Shown: one piece after another, positions 10,017 to 21,355 of the stretch
How the letters are laid out: every line of letters starts with the position of its first letter
How positions within the stretch are numbered: the first letter of the stretch is position 1
Assembly (NCBI GenBank): GCA_963762565.1
Contig: CAVXLD010000001.1
Location: 1,216,001-1,280,000 of the forward strand
Length of the DNA: 64,000 nucleotides
Direction of reading: 5' to 3'
Origin: an uncultured Verrucomicrobiae bacterium
Lineage (GTDB): Bacteria > Verrucomicrobiota > Verrucomicrobiia > Chthoniobacterales > JAFAMB01
The notes under the pieces: model-generated
What the model saw: the letters and a program-made list of their open reading frames with translations, nothing else
Told to the model about the DNA's origin: nothing
Database searches by the model: none
Made by a program: the position numbers and the translations under genes

Positions 10017-11099
10017 TTATTTTACGCTTTGGATCTGCGCTTCGCTTAATGCCCAGACCTGGGGCGGCAAAGCGATGAAATGGACACTGTCCAGGTATCC
10101 GTCATTCGTCTCGCTCGGTACGATAGACCAAGTTAAGAAGTTGCGAATCGCGGTGGCAACTGCCGGATCTGACTGTTTAGTCGAAACCACCGCATACTCG
10201 TAATTGATGAGCGGGTAGGCGTTGTCGCCGGGAGCCAACACGATCGTGAGGCGCTCGTCCGCCGGCGTCCTGGTGCCCAGTCCGGCGGCAGCAGCTAAAA
10301 CGGCATCTTTTGTGGGCAGCAAGAAGTTGCCCGCTTGGTTTTTAAGCAAGGCAGTTCCCAGGTCCGCATCGGCGATTTGCTTGCTGTAGCTAACCCCTAG
10401 GTATGCCACAGAGTAAGGTGTTTTCTGGATCGTCTCCACCATCCCATCGTTACCTTTGGCCTCGAGACTGCCGGGAACCGCAGGCCAGTTGATAGTCAGG
10501 CCGAAGCCGTAGTCGTCCGACCATTTTGAATCAGCAAAACTCAGGAACTGGGTAAAGATATAGGTATCACCCGAGCCGTCCGATCGGCGGACGGGAATGA
10601 TTGGTTGATGGGGAAGTTTAAGGTTGGGATTGAGAGCGGCGATCGGAGCCGCGTCCCATTCGCGAATCTTTCCGGAGTAAATCCCCGCCAAAACTGTCCC
10701 GTCTAATTTCAGTTTCTCAGTGTTGAGCTCAGGGATGTTGTAGTTAACCATCTGCGCCGAGATACAGAGCGGGATATTTAGGATCTGCGGATTTTCTCTG
10801 GACTGCCGATCGGACATAAACACATCTGAGGCGCCGATCTGGGCCTCTCCTGCAATCGCCTTTTTGATGCCGGCGTCTGAACCGCTCGGATCGGTGCTAA
10901 TGGTCACCCCGGCATGAGTCGACGTGTAATTCTCGACCCAAATCTTGAACAGCGGGTACAAGAGCGTCGAGCCCGACTCGTTCAGAGTGACGTCCCCGGC
11001 CTGCACGGCGATCGGCATCGCACTAACCAAGCAGAGGGCGAAAGCGACTGCGCTTAGTTGCCGCCACGTGGCGGAAACCGTTGAATTGATAGTTCGCAT
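10017..11099 (-). CDS. pstS: Phosphate-binding protein PstS
   Basis: Signal peptide; ESGSTLLYPL, GSDAGI, IGASD, RRSDGSGDTYIFT, YPLINYEY motifs. Confidence 0.95.
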   Translation of the reverse strand: MRTINSTVSATWRQLSAVAFALCLVSAMPIAVQAGDVTLNESGSTLLYPLFKIWVENYTSTHAGVTISTDPSGSDAGIKKAIAGEAQIGASDVFMSDRQSRENPQILNIPLCISAQMVNYNIPELNTEKLKLDGTVLAGIYSGKIREWDAAPIAALNPNLKLPHQPIIPVRRSDGSGDTYIFTQFLSFADSKWSDDYGFGLTINWPAVPGSLEAKGNDGMVETIQKTPYSVAYLGVSYSKQIADADLGTALLKNQAGNFLLPTKDAVLAAAAGLGTRTPADERLTIVLAPGDNAYPLINYEYAVVSTKQSDPAVATAIRNFLTWSIVPSETNDGYLDSVHFIALPPQVWALSEAQIQSVK

Positions 11100-11116
11100 T
11101 TGTTTGTCCGAAGAAA

Positions 11117-12596
11117 TTAATTGCTACCAGCAGGAGCTATCCCAGGGACATCTAAGGTTGCAGCAGGCTGGGTACGTCCGATCTCGTCAAGGTTGACGCC
11201 CTTGGTTTCAATTCTAAACACCCAGGTTACGACCGCCCCGATCAGGGACGTAACAACCAGAATGTAAAGAACCGAAGTGGTTCCCATGGTGGTGAGCAAA
11301 ATGGGAAAGAAAAATCCGGTAGAAACAGCACCGATTTTGCCGACAGCGGCTGCAACTCCCGCACCGATACCGCGGATTGATGTCGGAAAAACCTCTCCGG
11401 CAAGCAAATAGGTCTGCGCGTTCGGACCCAGATTGGTCATGAAATTGAAAAACATGAACCCGGCAAAGATCAGGAACGTCTGGGCAGTCCCGGTTGTGTA
11501 GAACGAGAAGGAAGCGACCAGCAAGCCGACAGCACAGCCGATAAAGCCCACCACCTGTAACCAAATGCGGCCAACTCTGTCCGCTAGGAACACGGCAAAG
11601 ATGATTCCGACGATTAGTAATCCTGTGATCATGGCTGCGCCTTTAGCAGCGACAATCCCATCGGCGATAAGGTCGCTGACACTGCGGACATGCTCAACCT
11701 TGCCGCCGATCGTCATGGCCAAGATGGTAGGAATGAAAATACCGATTCCGTAGGTGCCGAGGTCCTGCAGAAACCAGGGAACCGACAGGTCAAAACGTAC
11801 GCGGTTTTGTTTTTTGAACAGAGCCAGGAATCCACCGCCCTGCTCCTTTACCTTCCGCCGCAGCCACAACCTGCTGGGCTAGGTAATGATGGCGGGATAC
11901 ACCGGTTTTCGCAGCAGCAACCTCTGGGCCGCTTTTTGAGCCTTTTCAATCCGACCGCGCGCCAACAACCAGTTTGCGCTCTGGGGTCCGTCGAAGGGAT
12001 TTGTCGAGCCGGGCGGGCGTCAAACCGTCGCGTTGCATCGGACGCCAGCCGTCGCTCGGGCACTGACGACGGCGGCGGCAGAGGAATGAAGTGCCAGCCC
12101 AAAGCCCGCGCCCTGAAAGCGAGGCCGCCCAACGGGCTTGTTCGACTGGGACTGGTGGTGTTTTGGAAATGTTGGCCGTGTGGCTGTCGGATAATCATCA
12201 CCCAAGCGGGTCCGATGCCGATCAGCAGTCGTTAGGAGGGGGAGTCGTGCTGACGGTCGATAGAACCAGAAACGCTACAAAAATGACCATCTCGATAACG
12301 AACATCGGTTTACGGCCAAAACGGTCCGACATACCGCCAAGCCCCACCGCTCCCACCAAGATTCCGAGCAGGCTGGCGGCCCCGATCAATCCGTTCTGGG
12401 CCGAGCCGATCTCGAACTCTCGCGAGATTAACGGCAACGCCACGCCAGTCATAAAGACAACGTAGCCCTCGAAAAACTTACCTATGGCGGCCAGGGCCCA
12501 AATAAGCCATTGCATACCAGTCATGGGAACCCCAGAGATCGGGGTCCCGTGAGGCCATACCGGCCGCTCGTCAATGTATTCTTGTATGGATTTCAT
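11117..12596 (-). pseudogene. MFS transporter (sugar / phosphate:H+ symporter-like), frameshifted
   Basis: N-part 12222-12596 (GKFFEGY..., SDRFGRKP) and C-part 11117-11869 (PWFLQDLGTYGIGIF, ADRVGR, NLGPNAQTYLLAGEVFPTSIRG, ETKG); the middle is scrambled by several indels. Confidence 0.88.
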
Positions 12597-12740
12597 TTTG
12601 AAAGACTAGGGTCATTTCATCATTGAGGAACTCGGATCCATCCCCCCTGATGTGGTTTAGCTTGCTTTCAACACTCTTCCCCTTGGTCACTACAACAGAG
12701 CGAATGGATGACAGAGACACCAAACGAAAGTGCCAGCGCA

Positions 12741-12768
12741 GTGACAATCGCGTCACGATTTCGTGAAA
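12741..12768 (-). promoter_or_regulatory. Pho-box-like direct repeats
   Basis: On the minus strand TTTCAC-N5-CGTGAC-N5-TGTCAC (11-bp period), upstream of MFS-pstS. Confidence 0.45.
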
Positions 12769-12839
12769 CTTATTCCGCTGACGGCTGCAAGCGTCGGTAG
12801 CGGTCCGGCAGCTGCCAGGCACGTGCCGGACCCGGCGCT

Positions 12840-12960
12840 GGGAGGGATCGCGTTCCCCGCGATCCGTTGTTCCCGAAGCCGAGCGTGCTTGTCAGTCGAG
12901 TAATCGGAATCGTTCTGTGAGCTTGGCACGTCTTTGCGGCGCGCGAGGACGCACCCTCCG
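12840..12960. repeat. GGAG-type REP doublet (REPIN-like), copy G1
   Basis: GGGAGGGATCGCGTTCCCCGCGATCCG ... GCGGCGCGCGAGGACGCACCCTCC. Confidence 0.85.
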
Positions 12961-13034
12961 GTCAGGGGCCGGCCAATACCTGCGCCCTTATGTTGACGCG
13001 CCTGACGGCGGCTTGCGGACCACTACCGGTTGGT

Positions 13035-13335
13035 TTAGCCACCGGCCATGGCCCCAACTATCAGAAACGGCTCGATGCCCTCGATAACACGTCCGTGGGC
13101 AAGGGAGAGTCCTGGCAGTTCGTGAGAGAGATCCTCTTTACAGGCGTAAAACCTGACGAACGGACGCGGTTGCAAAGTCGACCGGTCCCGAATGGCTCCG
13201 CGAAGCACGGGGTATTGTGTTTCTAGCGCGTCGAGTACCGATCCGAGTGTAGCTTGTCCATCCAGGGCGAGCTCTATTTCACCGTTCACCCTCGCTAAAT
13301 TCCTCAAATGGTAGGGTAGCGCGACCCCGGATCAT
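13035..13335 (-). CDS. MoaD/ThiS-family ubiquitin-like protein (one extra G near the 5' end)
   Basis: [16 protein letters not shown] (after removing 1 nt from a G run)...[18 protein letters not shown]...RPFVRFYAC...IVGAMAGG with C-terminal GG; start overlaps the upstream stop (ATGA). Confidence 0.88.
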
Positions 13336-14448
13336 GGTAAGGTTTGGACCTCGACAGAAAGGACTGCAGGAAGATCGCGGACGATCGGGCTCCAGCTGTC
13401 GCCGTTCTGTGCGGACGCGTAGACTTGGCCGCCGGTAGTTCCGAAATAAACTCCGCATGGCTCAAGCGAATCGACCGCCATCGCATCCCGCAGCACATTC
13501 ACGTAGCAGTCTTTTTGCGGCAATCCTTTCGTTAGCGGTTCCCAATCATTTCCACCGGACCGGCTTCGATACACCCGCAATTTGGCGTCCGGCGGAAAGT
13601 GCTCGGAATCACTCTTAATTGGAACTACGTAGATCGTCTGAGGCTCGTGAGCGTGTACTTGAACCGGAAACCCAAAGTCGGACGGCAAATCGCCACTGAC
13701 CTCTGACCACGAGTCACCACCGTTATCCGAACGCATAACATCCCAATGTTTCTGCATAAACAAGGTGTCCGGGTTGGACGGGTGTAAGGCTATCCGATGA
13801 ACACAGTGCCCAACCTCGGCCTGAGGGTCCGGCAATTCCCAATTGGATTTCAGTCCCTGGTTAACCGGCTTCCAGGTTTTCCCGCTGTCGTCGCTTCGGA
13901 AAACGCCGGCTGCCGAGATAGCGACGAACATTCGGTCCGGATTTTTCGGATCGAGAACAACGGAGTGCACGCACATACCGCCCGCGCCAGGTTGCCAGAG
14001 ATCCCCCTTCACGCCTCGCAGTCCCGAGAGCTCTTGCCAAGTTCGGCCGCCGTCCGCTGACTTGAAAAGCGCAGCGTCTTCCGCTCCGGCAAAAACGGTC
14101 TCAGACTCAGTCAGGGAAGGTTCCAGATGCCAGACCCGTTTGAATTCCCACGGATGTTGGGTGCCGTCGTACCACTTATGCGTACCAGGCACACCATCGT
14201 ACTTAAACTCGTTGCCAACCGCCTCCCAAGTTTGTCCACCATCGTCCGATCGCTGCAACATCTGGCCAAACCAACTCGTGTTCTGCGAGGCATACAGTCG
14301 ATTCGGATTAACCGGCGACCCATTCACATGGTAGATCTCCCAACCCGCAAAATCGGGGTCCGCTGACTTCCCATTCGTTGCGCTGCCCGTCAGCGGTCAA
14401 GATAAACGCCCCTTTTCTGGTACCAACCAATACTCGTACTTGGCTCAT
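13332..14448 (-). CDS. BNR/Asp-box beta-propeller (sialidase-like) protein; one frameshift near 14357
   Basis: [17 protein letters not shown] from 14448; repeated S-x-D-x-G-x-T/S-W Asp boxes ([36 protein letters not shown]). Confidence 0.88.
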
Positions 14449-14549
14449 ATTGTTTCTCGCTTAACAGCGTGACGAATAAAGCCGGCTCTCTTGGACATTT
14501 ATTTTTTAGTTTTTTCTCGGGGCCACCGAAGATGGTTCATCCCGAATGG

Positions 14550-15113
<564 letters not shown>

Positions 15114-15207
15114 TCCGCCAGAGTACCGCCGACGGGGTAGGTTGGCAACGTAGCCCGCTTCAGGGCTAGGAGCGACTCACGTAACCCAGGCCGAGCCACA
15201 ACAACAT

Positions 15208-15640
15208 TTATAACCCGGTAGCTAAAGCCCAGCCGGAAGTAGAACCCGGGAACTTGTAAACACCGGTCGCTCTAGGATTGAAAACCCAATGATCCAGAAC
15301 AAACTGGCAAATTTCTTGGTCGGCTAGAATCGCACCAGAGGACATCAACGAGCGTACTTCTGTCGCTTTACCGGCATCTAGCTTCACTATGACGAGCATG
15401 TAACCGGCGGAATCAAGTCCGCCTAATTGCGCGGCTAGTAACGATCGCTTTGCGTTTTGCGAAAGCTGGGGGGTAGGATTTTGCCAAACGACACGTCAGT
15501 TTCGTCGCCCGAAGGGGCATCGCCGGCATTGGCGTTCAGGGAGGCAAACGGTAAGAACGCTAACACAAGAAGGAGCACTGTCCGCCCGGTCTTCGTCCAA
15601 AAGGCTCCGGGGAGTTGCGCTAGGGGATACTGGTCTTTTT
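15208..15640 (-). pseudogene. Probable small secreted protein with TonB C-terminal-like fold, frameshifted
   Basis: Minus-strand reading gives a signal-like segment TVLLLVLAFLPFASLNANA, then after a shift MLVIVKLDAGKATEVRSLMSSGAILADQEICQFVLDHWVFNP; family assignment is inference. Confidence 0.35.
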
Positions 15641-15860
15641 TAATTCATCGAGATAAGGTTGGTACATGGCTTCTGTTAAGGTTGCTCACATGGTGACGGG
15701 AGCAGCTCGCTCCCTGTTCCATCCAAAGTATCCCGTGTCCGGCCGAAATAGTTTCGTCCCACCTAATTAAGCTTCACACTACCGTCCGGCGTTTGAGCAT
15801 GACGATCGCATCGATTAACTGGTAGGAATGTTAGTTCGTTCCAGTTTTTTATGAAAGCAT

Positions 15861-16376
15861 ATGACCAGGGTAATCGCCGCTGTCGCATTTTTCTCGTTGG
15901 CGATGTTCTTGCCAGCACGCGCCGCTACTATCGACCTGCCTCTCTACGGTTTCCAAATCGATGCATTGGATGCCACGCCGAGCACATCAACTCCAACCAC
16001 GGTTCTGGAAATGTTTCTCCCGGTAACAGAAAGTTTCGCACCTAATATCAATGTCCAAATCCAGCCGTATACCGGAACGATCAAAGATTATGTGGCGCTC
16101 TCCAAAAGCCAGTTCGAGCAGATGAAATGGAAGGTGGTCTCCGACACGCAAACTGGGGACAACGAATGGAATGTCGAATATACCGGCTCGTATCAAGGGA
16201 ACGACTTACACTTCTATGCACGGGCTCTGTTCAACGGAAAAATCTATGTGGTGACGGCCACAGCCAAAGAGTCGCAATGGCCAACCGTGAGCGATACACT
16301 AAAGAAACACGTCGAAAGCTTCCAGACAACGCCGACATCGCCGGGAACGCAGGCACCGCCGACAACGAACGGTTGA
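15861..16376 (+). CDS. Secreted hypothetical protein (PsbP/DcrB-like fold possible)
   Basis: 171 aa, signal peptide ending ARA; FAPNINVQIQ...KIYVVTATAKESQW...VESF pattern. Confidence 0.75.
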   Translation: MTRVIAAVAFFSLAMFLPARAATIDLPLYGFQIDALDATPSTSTPTTVLEMFLPVTESFAPNINVQIQPYTGTIKDYVALSKSQFEQMKWKVVSDTQTGDNEWNVEYTGSYQGNDLHFYARALFNGKIYVVTATAKESQWPTVSDTLKKHVESFQTTPTSPGTQAPPTTNG

Positions 16377-16400
16377 CGCCGTTGTCGGCGATCACGGCGA

Positions 16401-18331
16401 TCACGGCGTTAACAATCGATCTAAGCGCAAAAGTTCCCCGAGAGACCATGCCTGGAACGGGCATCCTCTGGGAGTATACGGCTCGACCGCATTCGTAATT
16501 TCTGGCAGGTGATTCAGACCAGCGGTGGTCATCAGAGCACGGATCGATTCGAAATAGCGTTCGCGCGCTTCCTGCTTGGCTTCCGGTGTATTCCCGCGGA
16601 CACGTACCCAGGCCTCGATGAAGGCGCCGGCTAACCAAGGCCAAACTGTGCCTTGATGATAAGCGGAGTCCCGTTCCTTCGGACCTCCTAGGTAATGCGG
16701 AACAAAGCCTGGTTCATCTTGAGCCAATGACCGGAGCCCGCTTGGTGTCCAGAGTTTGGCTTCTACACGATCAACGACTTGGCGAGCGCGTGGGCCGGAC
16801 AATACCGCCAACGGTAATCCGCCTACCGCAAAGATCTGGTTTGGCCGGGTGGCGGAATCGGTAACGCCGGGTGGATGATCAACGTCGACCACATCAAACA
16901 ACTGCTGCCCCGGCCTCATTCCAAAACCGGTTTTCGAAAGATTGATACGCTTTTTCTAAAAGTGAACCCCATTGCGCCGAGAACTTCTTTCGATAGCCAA
17001 GGCATTGATCCACAGCGCCTGGACTTCAACCGGTTTACCAACCCGCGGAGTAATCACCTTGCCATCGACCTTAGCGTCCATCCAGGTCAGTTGGACACTC
17101 GGAACGCCGGCCGCCAATAACCCGTCTGCATCCAGGTGAATCTTAAAACGAGTACCTTTTTGATAACCCACTAAAATCGCTTCGATGGCAGCTTTCAGCT
17201 TCTGGTCGCCGGTCTCATCCACTAACCCCGGATGCAGGGAAGCTGCATCGAAAAGGTCACCGGCAGCGATAATAAACCAGAGCGAAGCATCAACTGAATT
17301 ATATTCCGGCGCTTCGCCTTGGTCGGGAAACCGGTTGGGGAGCATTCCTTCGGAGTCGTGGTTGGCCCATTCCAGCAGAATGTCCCGGCTCACCTCCAAC
17401 TCGCCCGAAGCGATCCCGATGCCCCGGATCGAAATGAAAGTATCCCGCCCCCAATCAGCAAACCACGGATAACCGGCGATGATACTTTTGCCGGTTCCAC
17501 GACGAACCAAGTACGCTCCGCAGAACGGTGGCCGAGGTCGGCCGTCTTAGTGCGTCGCTCGCGTTCACTCAGACGAAGCTCAGTGACCCAGTCTTCAAAT
17601 GAGTTTTTGTTGGGCAGCTCGGCAAAGCCCTCGGCTTGGAAGGCGAGTATGGCTTCTCGATTCCGATTGCCCAATTGCCAAACCAAGGCACCAGGTGCGG
17701 CTAGATCTTCCAGAAAATCTAAGCCGCGTTCTTGTTCCTGGATGTAAAGAAAATTCCGATACCACTGCGGATCGTGACGGTAATTCGCTCCGGACCGGCA
17801 CACGATCGCCGGGATACCAGGGTAAGGTTGCCACCTAACGGTGTCAGCCTTTATCGTTGGTTCGAACTGGAAAGCATCGTTTTGGTGGTGAGAGGAATGA
17901 TAATCTCGTCCGGATAAGAAAGGCTTCACCGTCAGAGTGTAGGCATGGTCTACCCGGCCCGAGAGGCGCCAGCTCATTGCCACCATGGATTGCCCGTGAG
18001 GGACGAATATTTCGTGGTCCAGCCAGAGATCCAGCGCCAGGCGATAGCTCCACTGAGGCCAAGGTTGAAATTGGAAGCTGCGCAGGCATTCATTTTTGCT
18101 GACAACATCCGGGGCATAGCGCTGGGCTGAGAGCCAGACTTTGGTGGCGTCACCCTCGATCCACGCGTCAAACCCATTTACTAACACCAACCGGCCGGCT
18201 GGTGGGGTTGTGGCCGTCAAAAGGAGCGCATGATAACGCCGAGTCCGAATACCCGATGTGGTTGAGCTGGCAAAGCCGCCCAATCCATCGGCTTCTAACC
18301 ATTCGTGTTTATCGGATATCTCCACGGGCAA
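16401..18331 (-). pseudogene. Amylo-alpha-1,6-glucosidase (glycogen debranching enzyme, GH133), frameshifted into three pieces
   Basis: EWLEADGLGGFASST..RTRRYHALL; IIAGYPWFADWGRDTFIS; YNSVDASLWF; QLTWMDAK; RPNQIFA; YHQGTVWPWL; GCPFQAWS. Confidence 0.92.
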
Positions 18332-18475
18332 AAAATCTCACATCAAATTCCGTTAGCCAAGACCCGGAGCGTCGAAGCCCCAACGCCGCAAGATGCAAGA
18401 TTCAGGAGCTACACCAGACCGGGCAGATTGCGGGATTCTACCTCTGAAGCAAGGTTGTAACAAACACCGTCTCGT

Positions 18476-18492
18476 TGTGACTAAAACGTAAC
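18476..18492 (+). promoter_or_regulatory. Pho-box-like direct repeat upstream of the phosphoesterase
   Basis: TGTGAC-N5-CGTAAC (11-bp period), with another TGTAAC at 18456. Confidence 0.35.
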
Positions 18493-18563
18493 ATGACGCA
18501 ATTGCCGAAGGCGTCTAAGGAGTGTCGATGCTCTGATTAAAGAGCATTTCACAACCTCAGACT

Positions 18564-19853
18564 ATGCTTCTAAAAACCCTCCTCGCGGCCCGCATGGCCG
18601 GCAGCGCCGTTTGCGCAGTCGCTACCACCGGGCTGGTAGTCGGTCTATCTTCGACAGCGTTCGCTCAAGATAAACAGGACAAACAAGTCGGCGATGTCTT
18701 TTATATCGAGCTGGAAAACCATAATTGGACCCAGGGCAGTGATAGCACCGCACCAAATCAGATTTATGGGTGCGCGGCAGCACCGTATATCAACAGCTTG
18801 GTTACCCCAGGGAACCCAAACGCGAAGGAAGTCTCCTATGCGACGGCTTATCACAACGCGCTGGCGACTCCTGATGGCAACAACCCCAGCATCCATCCTT
18901 CCGAGCCTAACTATCTATGGCAGGAAGCGGGATCTAATTTCGGTATCTTCAATGACAACGATCCCTATATAGTTCCGGGCGGCAGTGTGGCAGCGATTGC
19001 AGCATTTTTGGCTGCCAACCCGACGTATACCGGCGAGCATTTGACCGGATTGATGGAAAAGAACGGGCTCACTTGGTATTCCTACCAGGAAGACGTTGAC
19101 TTGCTGAACACGGATGGCGGTAACGCAAACTTGGGTGGAACCATTACCAGCACTCCGGCCCCGGAGAGCCTGTGGACCGTTCCGCTCTCAAGCTTCAGCG
19201 GAACCTCCACGAGCTACGTAAACGAGTTCAATGGCAGCAATGAGTACAACTTCGCTTGCAAGCATGATGGCACCTTGTTCTTCAAGGATACCAATGGCGG
19301 CAACGTCACCGATACCAGCAACACGAAGAGAAAGCACTACCGTCCGCTGCAGCAACTCTTCGCCGACCTGCAAAAGAATAAAGTGGCCAGATATAACCTG
19401 ATTACTCCCGATCAGTACAACGAGATGCACTCGGCTCTGACGAACGGGTTCACCTATCATGGAGTTGCTTATACGGGCGATTTGTCGCAAATCGCGGCAG
19501 CGGATAACTTCCTATCGATCGTCATCCCGATAATTATGGCTTCGCAGGCTTATCAGGATAACGGCGTGATTGTGATCTGGACGGATGAAACCGAAGGTAC
19601 CAACCAGAACGATTTCACCCATACCTTAGCGTTTATCGTCATCTCGAAGTTGGCCAAGGGCAATGCTTACGGCAGCCTGAACGACATGACGCACTCCTCT
19701 GATTTGGCCACTTGGCAAAAGGTATTCGGCCTGAGAGCAACCACGGCGAGTGGATACTTGAACGACGCAGCGAATCCCGCTCTGGATGGAACAACAGATA
19801 TCTCTGATCTGTTCAAACCGGGCGTGATTCCGAAGAGTCTTCCCAAGTACTAA
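18564..19853 (+). CDS. Secreted phosphoesterase (alkaline-phosphatase superfamily)
   Basis: Signal peptide; VFYIELENH, HPSEPNY, ACKH, ITPDQYNEMH, IVIWTDE, THSS motifs. Confidence 0.88.
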   Translation: MLLKTLLAARMAGSAVCAVATTGLVVGLSSTAFAQDKQDKQVGDVFYIELENHNWTQGSDSTAPNQIYGCAAAPYINSLVTPGNPNAKEVSYATAYHNALATPDGNNPSIHPSEPNYLWQEAGSNFGIFNDNDPYIVPGGSVAAIAAFLAANPTYTGEHLTGLMEKNGLTWYSYQEDVDLLNTDGGNANLGGTITSTPAPESLWTVPLSSFSGTSTSYVNEFNGSNEYNFACKHDGTLFFKDTNGGNVTDTSNTKRKHYRPLQQLFADLQKNKVARYNLITPDQYNEMHSALTNGFTYHGVAYTGDLSQIAAADNFLSIVIPIIMASQAYQDNGVIVIWTDETEGTNQNDFTHTLAFIVISKLAKGNAYGSLNDMTHSSDLATWQKVFGLRATTASGYLNDAANPALDGTTDISDLFKPGVIPKSLPKY

Positions 19854-19937
19854 GATACCGGGAGGATTCAACAATTTCGAATGAATTGAACACGGCGAGC
19901 CGTCCTCAGGATGGTTCGCCGTGAAATTATTTCTAGC

Positions 19938-21179
19938 ATGAAGATTTTGAGGTACCTCATCCTGGCGATCTGCAGCGCCGCTGCTTCCGCCCTGGCGCAA
20001 AACGCTTATGTGAAGACAGTGCTGGTGGCAAACGATCCTAAGTATCACCCAGAGCTGATTGATAAGAAGATGGTGGACGCGTGGGGAGTTGCGATTCGAC
20101 CTCCCGGAGCCGGCGGACATTTCTGGATCTCTAACGCCGCCACCGGCACTTCGGTCGAATACGTCGGTGATGTAAACGGCGTACCGTTACACCAGGATGC
20201 CCTCAAGACCGTGACGCTGCAAACACCGCGATGGACCGATCGAGGTATCGCATACTTAACCGGTCAGACCTACAACTCTGCGAGCGATTTGCCCGGACAA
20301 CCGATCGAATTCCCGATTTCAGGTCCGGCCACGGACCTCAGCACAAATCCTCCCACTCGGCTTCCTAAAGGTTTTTCCGGCCCAGCAAAATTTATCTTTT
20401 TCACCGAGGACGGCGCTCTAAACGCCTGGAGTGCAACTACCAAGGTCGCCATGGACCAGGCTCCCTTGATAATCGATTATTCCAAAACTTCCTCTCACAA
20501 ACCGTATCCGGTCAACAGTGTGTATACCGGCGGCACCCTTACAAACAACGCTTTCAATAGCGATGCTTACAAGAAAGCGGGAGGGAACCACATCTTTGCG
20601 GCAGACTTTCGCAACAACCTTATTGAGGTCTTTGATAATCAATGGAAGGACGTAACGAGCTCCTTTCATTTTCAGGTGCCGGCAACAGTCGGCGATCTCC
20701 ACGTGTACAACGTGTGGGATTTAGGCGGACACCTGTTTGTCGCCTATGCAAAGTTCGATATTAACGGGGACGAGGGACAGGAAGAGGTAGACGCACCGGG
20801 GCTCGGCCATATTGTCGAATATAACGAGGACGGCACGCTGGTTCGGGATTTCAAGGATCACGGTAAATTGAACGCTCCATGGGGAATGGTGATCGCCCCG
20901 GAGACGTTCGGGGCTCTCGCCAACGACCTTTTAGTAGCGAACTTTGGCGACAACAACATTGTGGCCTTCGATCTCAATACCGGAGAATATATTGATTGCC
21001 TGCGTGATTCGGGCGGTCAACCTCTCCCGGTAGAAGGCGTGTGGGCGCTAACGTTTGGAAATGGGGTAAGCCTCGGCGACGCTAAAGCGCTGTATTACTC
21101 TGCCGGTCCCAGCAAACAGTTCGATGGTCTCTTTGGCCGGATCAACGTAGCGACCAGCAATAGCACAGCGCAAAAATAA
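19938..21179 (+). CDS. TIGR03118-family secreted beta-propeller protein
   Basis: DAWGVAIRP...FWISNAATGTS, FFTEDG, LNAPWGMVIAPETFG, LLVANFGD, EGVWALTFGNG, GLFGRI. Confidence 0.85.
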   Translation: MKILRYLILAICSAAASALAQNAYVKTVLVANDPKYHPELIDKKMVDAWGVAIRPPGAGGHFWISNAATGTSVEYVGDVNGVPLHQDALKTVTLQTPRWTDRGIAYLTGQTYNSASDLPGQPIEFPISGPATDLSTNPPTRLPKGFSGPAKFIFFTEDGALNAWSATTKVAMDQAPLIIDYSKTSSHKPYPVNSVYTGGTLTNNAFNSDAYKKAGGNHIFAADFRNNLIEVFDNQWKDVTSSFHFQVPATVGDLHVYNVWDLGGHLFVAYAKFDINGDEGQEEVDAPGLGHIVEYNEDGTLVRDFKDHGKLNAPWGMVIAPETFGALANDLLVANFGDNNIVAFDLNTGEYIDCLRDSGGQPLPVEGVWALTFGNGVSLGDAKALYYSAGPSKQFDGLFGRINVATSNSTAQK

Positions 21180-21190
21180 TTCGTTGGGCC

Positions 21191-21313
21191 GGGAGGGCGC
21201 GCGTCCCCGCGCGCCACAAAGACGCGTGCTGAACAAAGAGCGCATTTTCGCCCATCCTCGCAAAAAGTAATCAGCTCCGCGAACAACGGATCGCGAGGAC
21301 GCGATCCCTCTCC
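21191..21313. repeat. GGAG-type REP doublet, copy G2 (inverse orientation to G1)
   Basis: GGGAGGGCGCGCGTCCCCGCGCGCC ... CGGATCGCGAGGACGCGATCCCTC. Confidence 0.85.
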
Positions 21314-21355
21314 AGCGATGGGCCCGCGCCCTCCCCAATTTGCCGCCGCGCGGGC

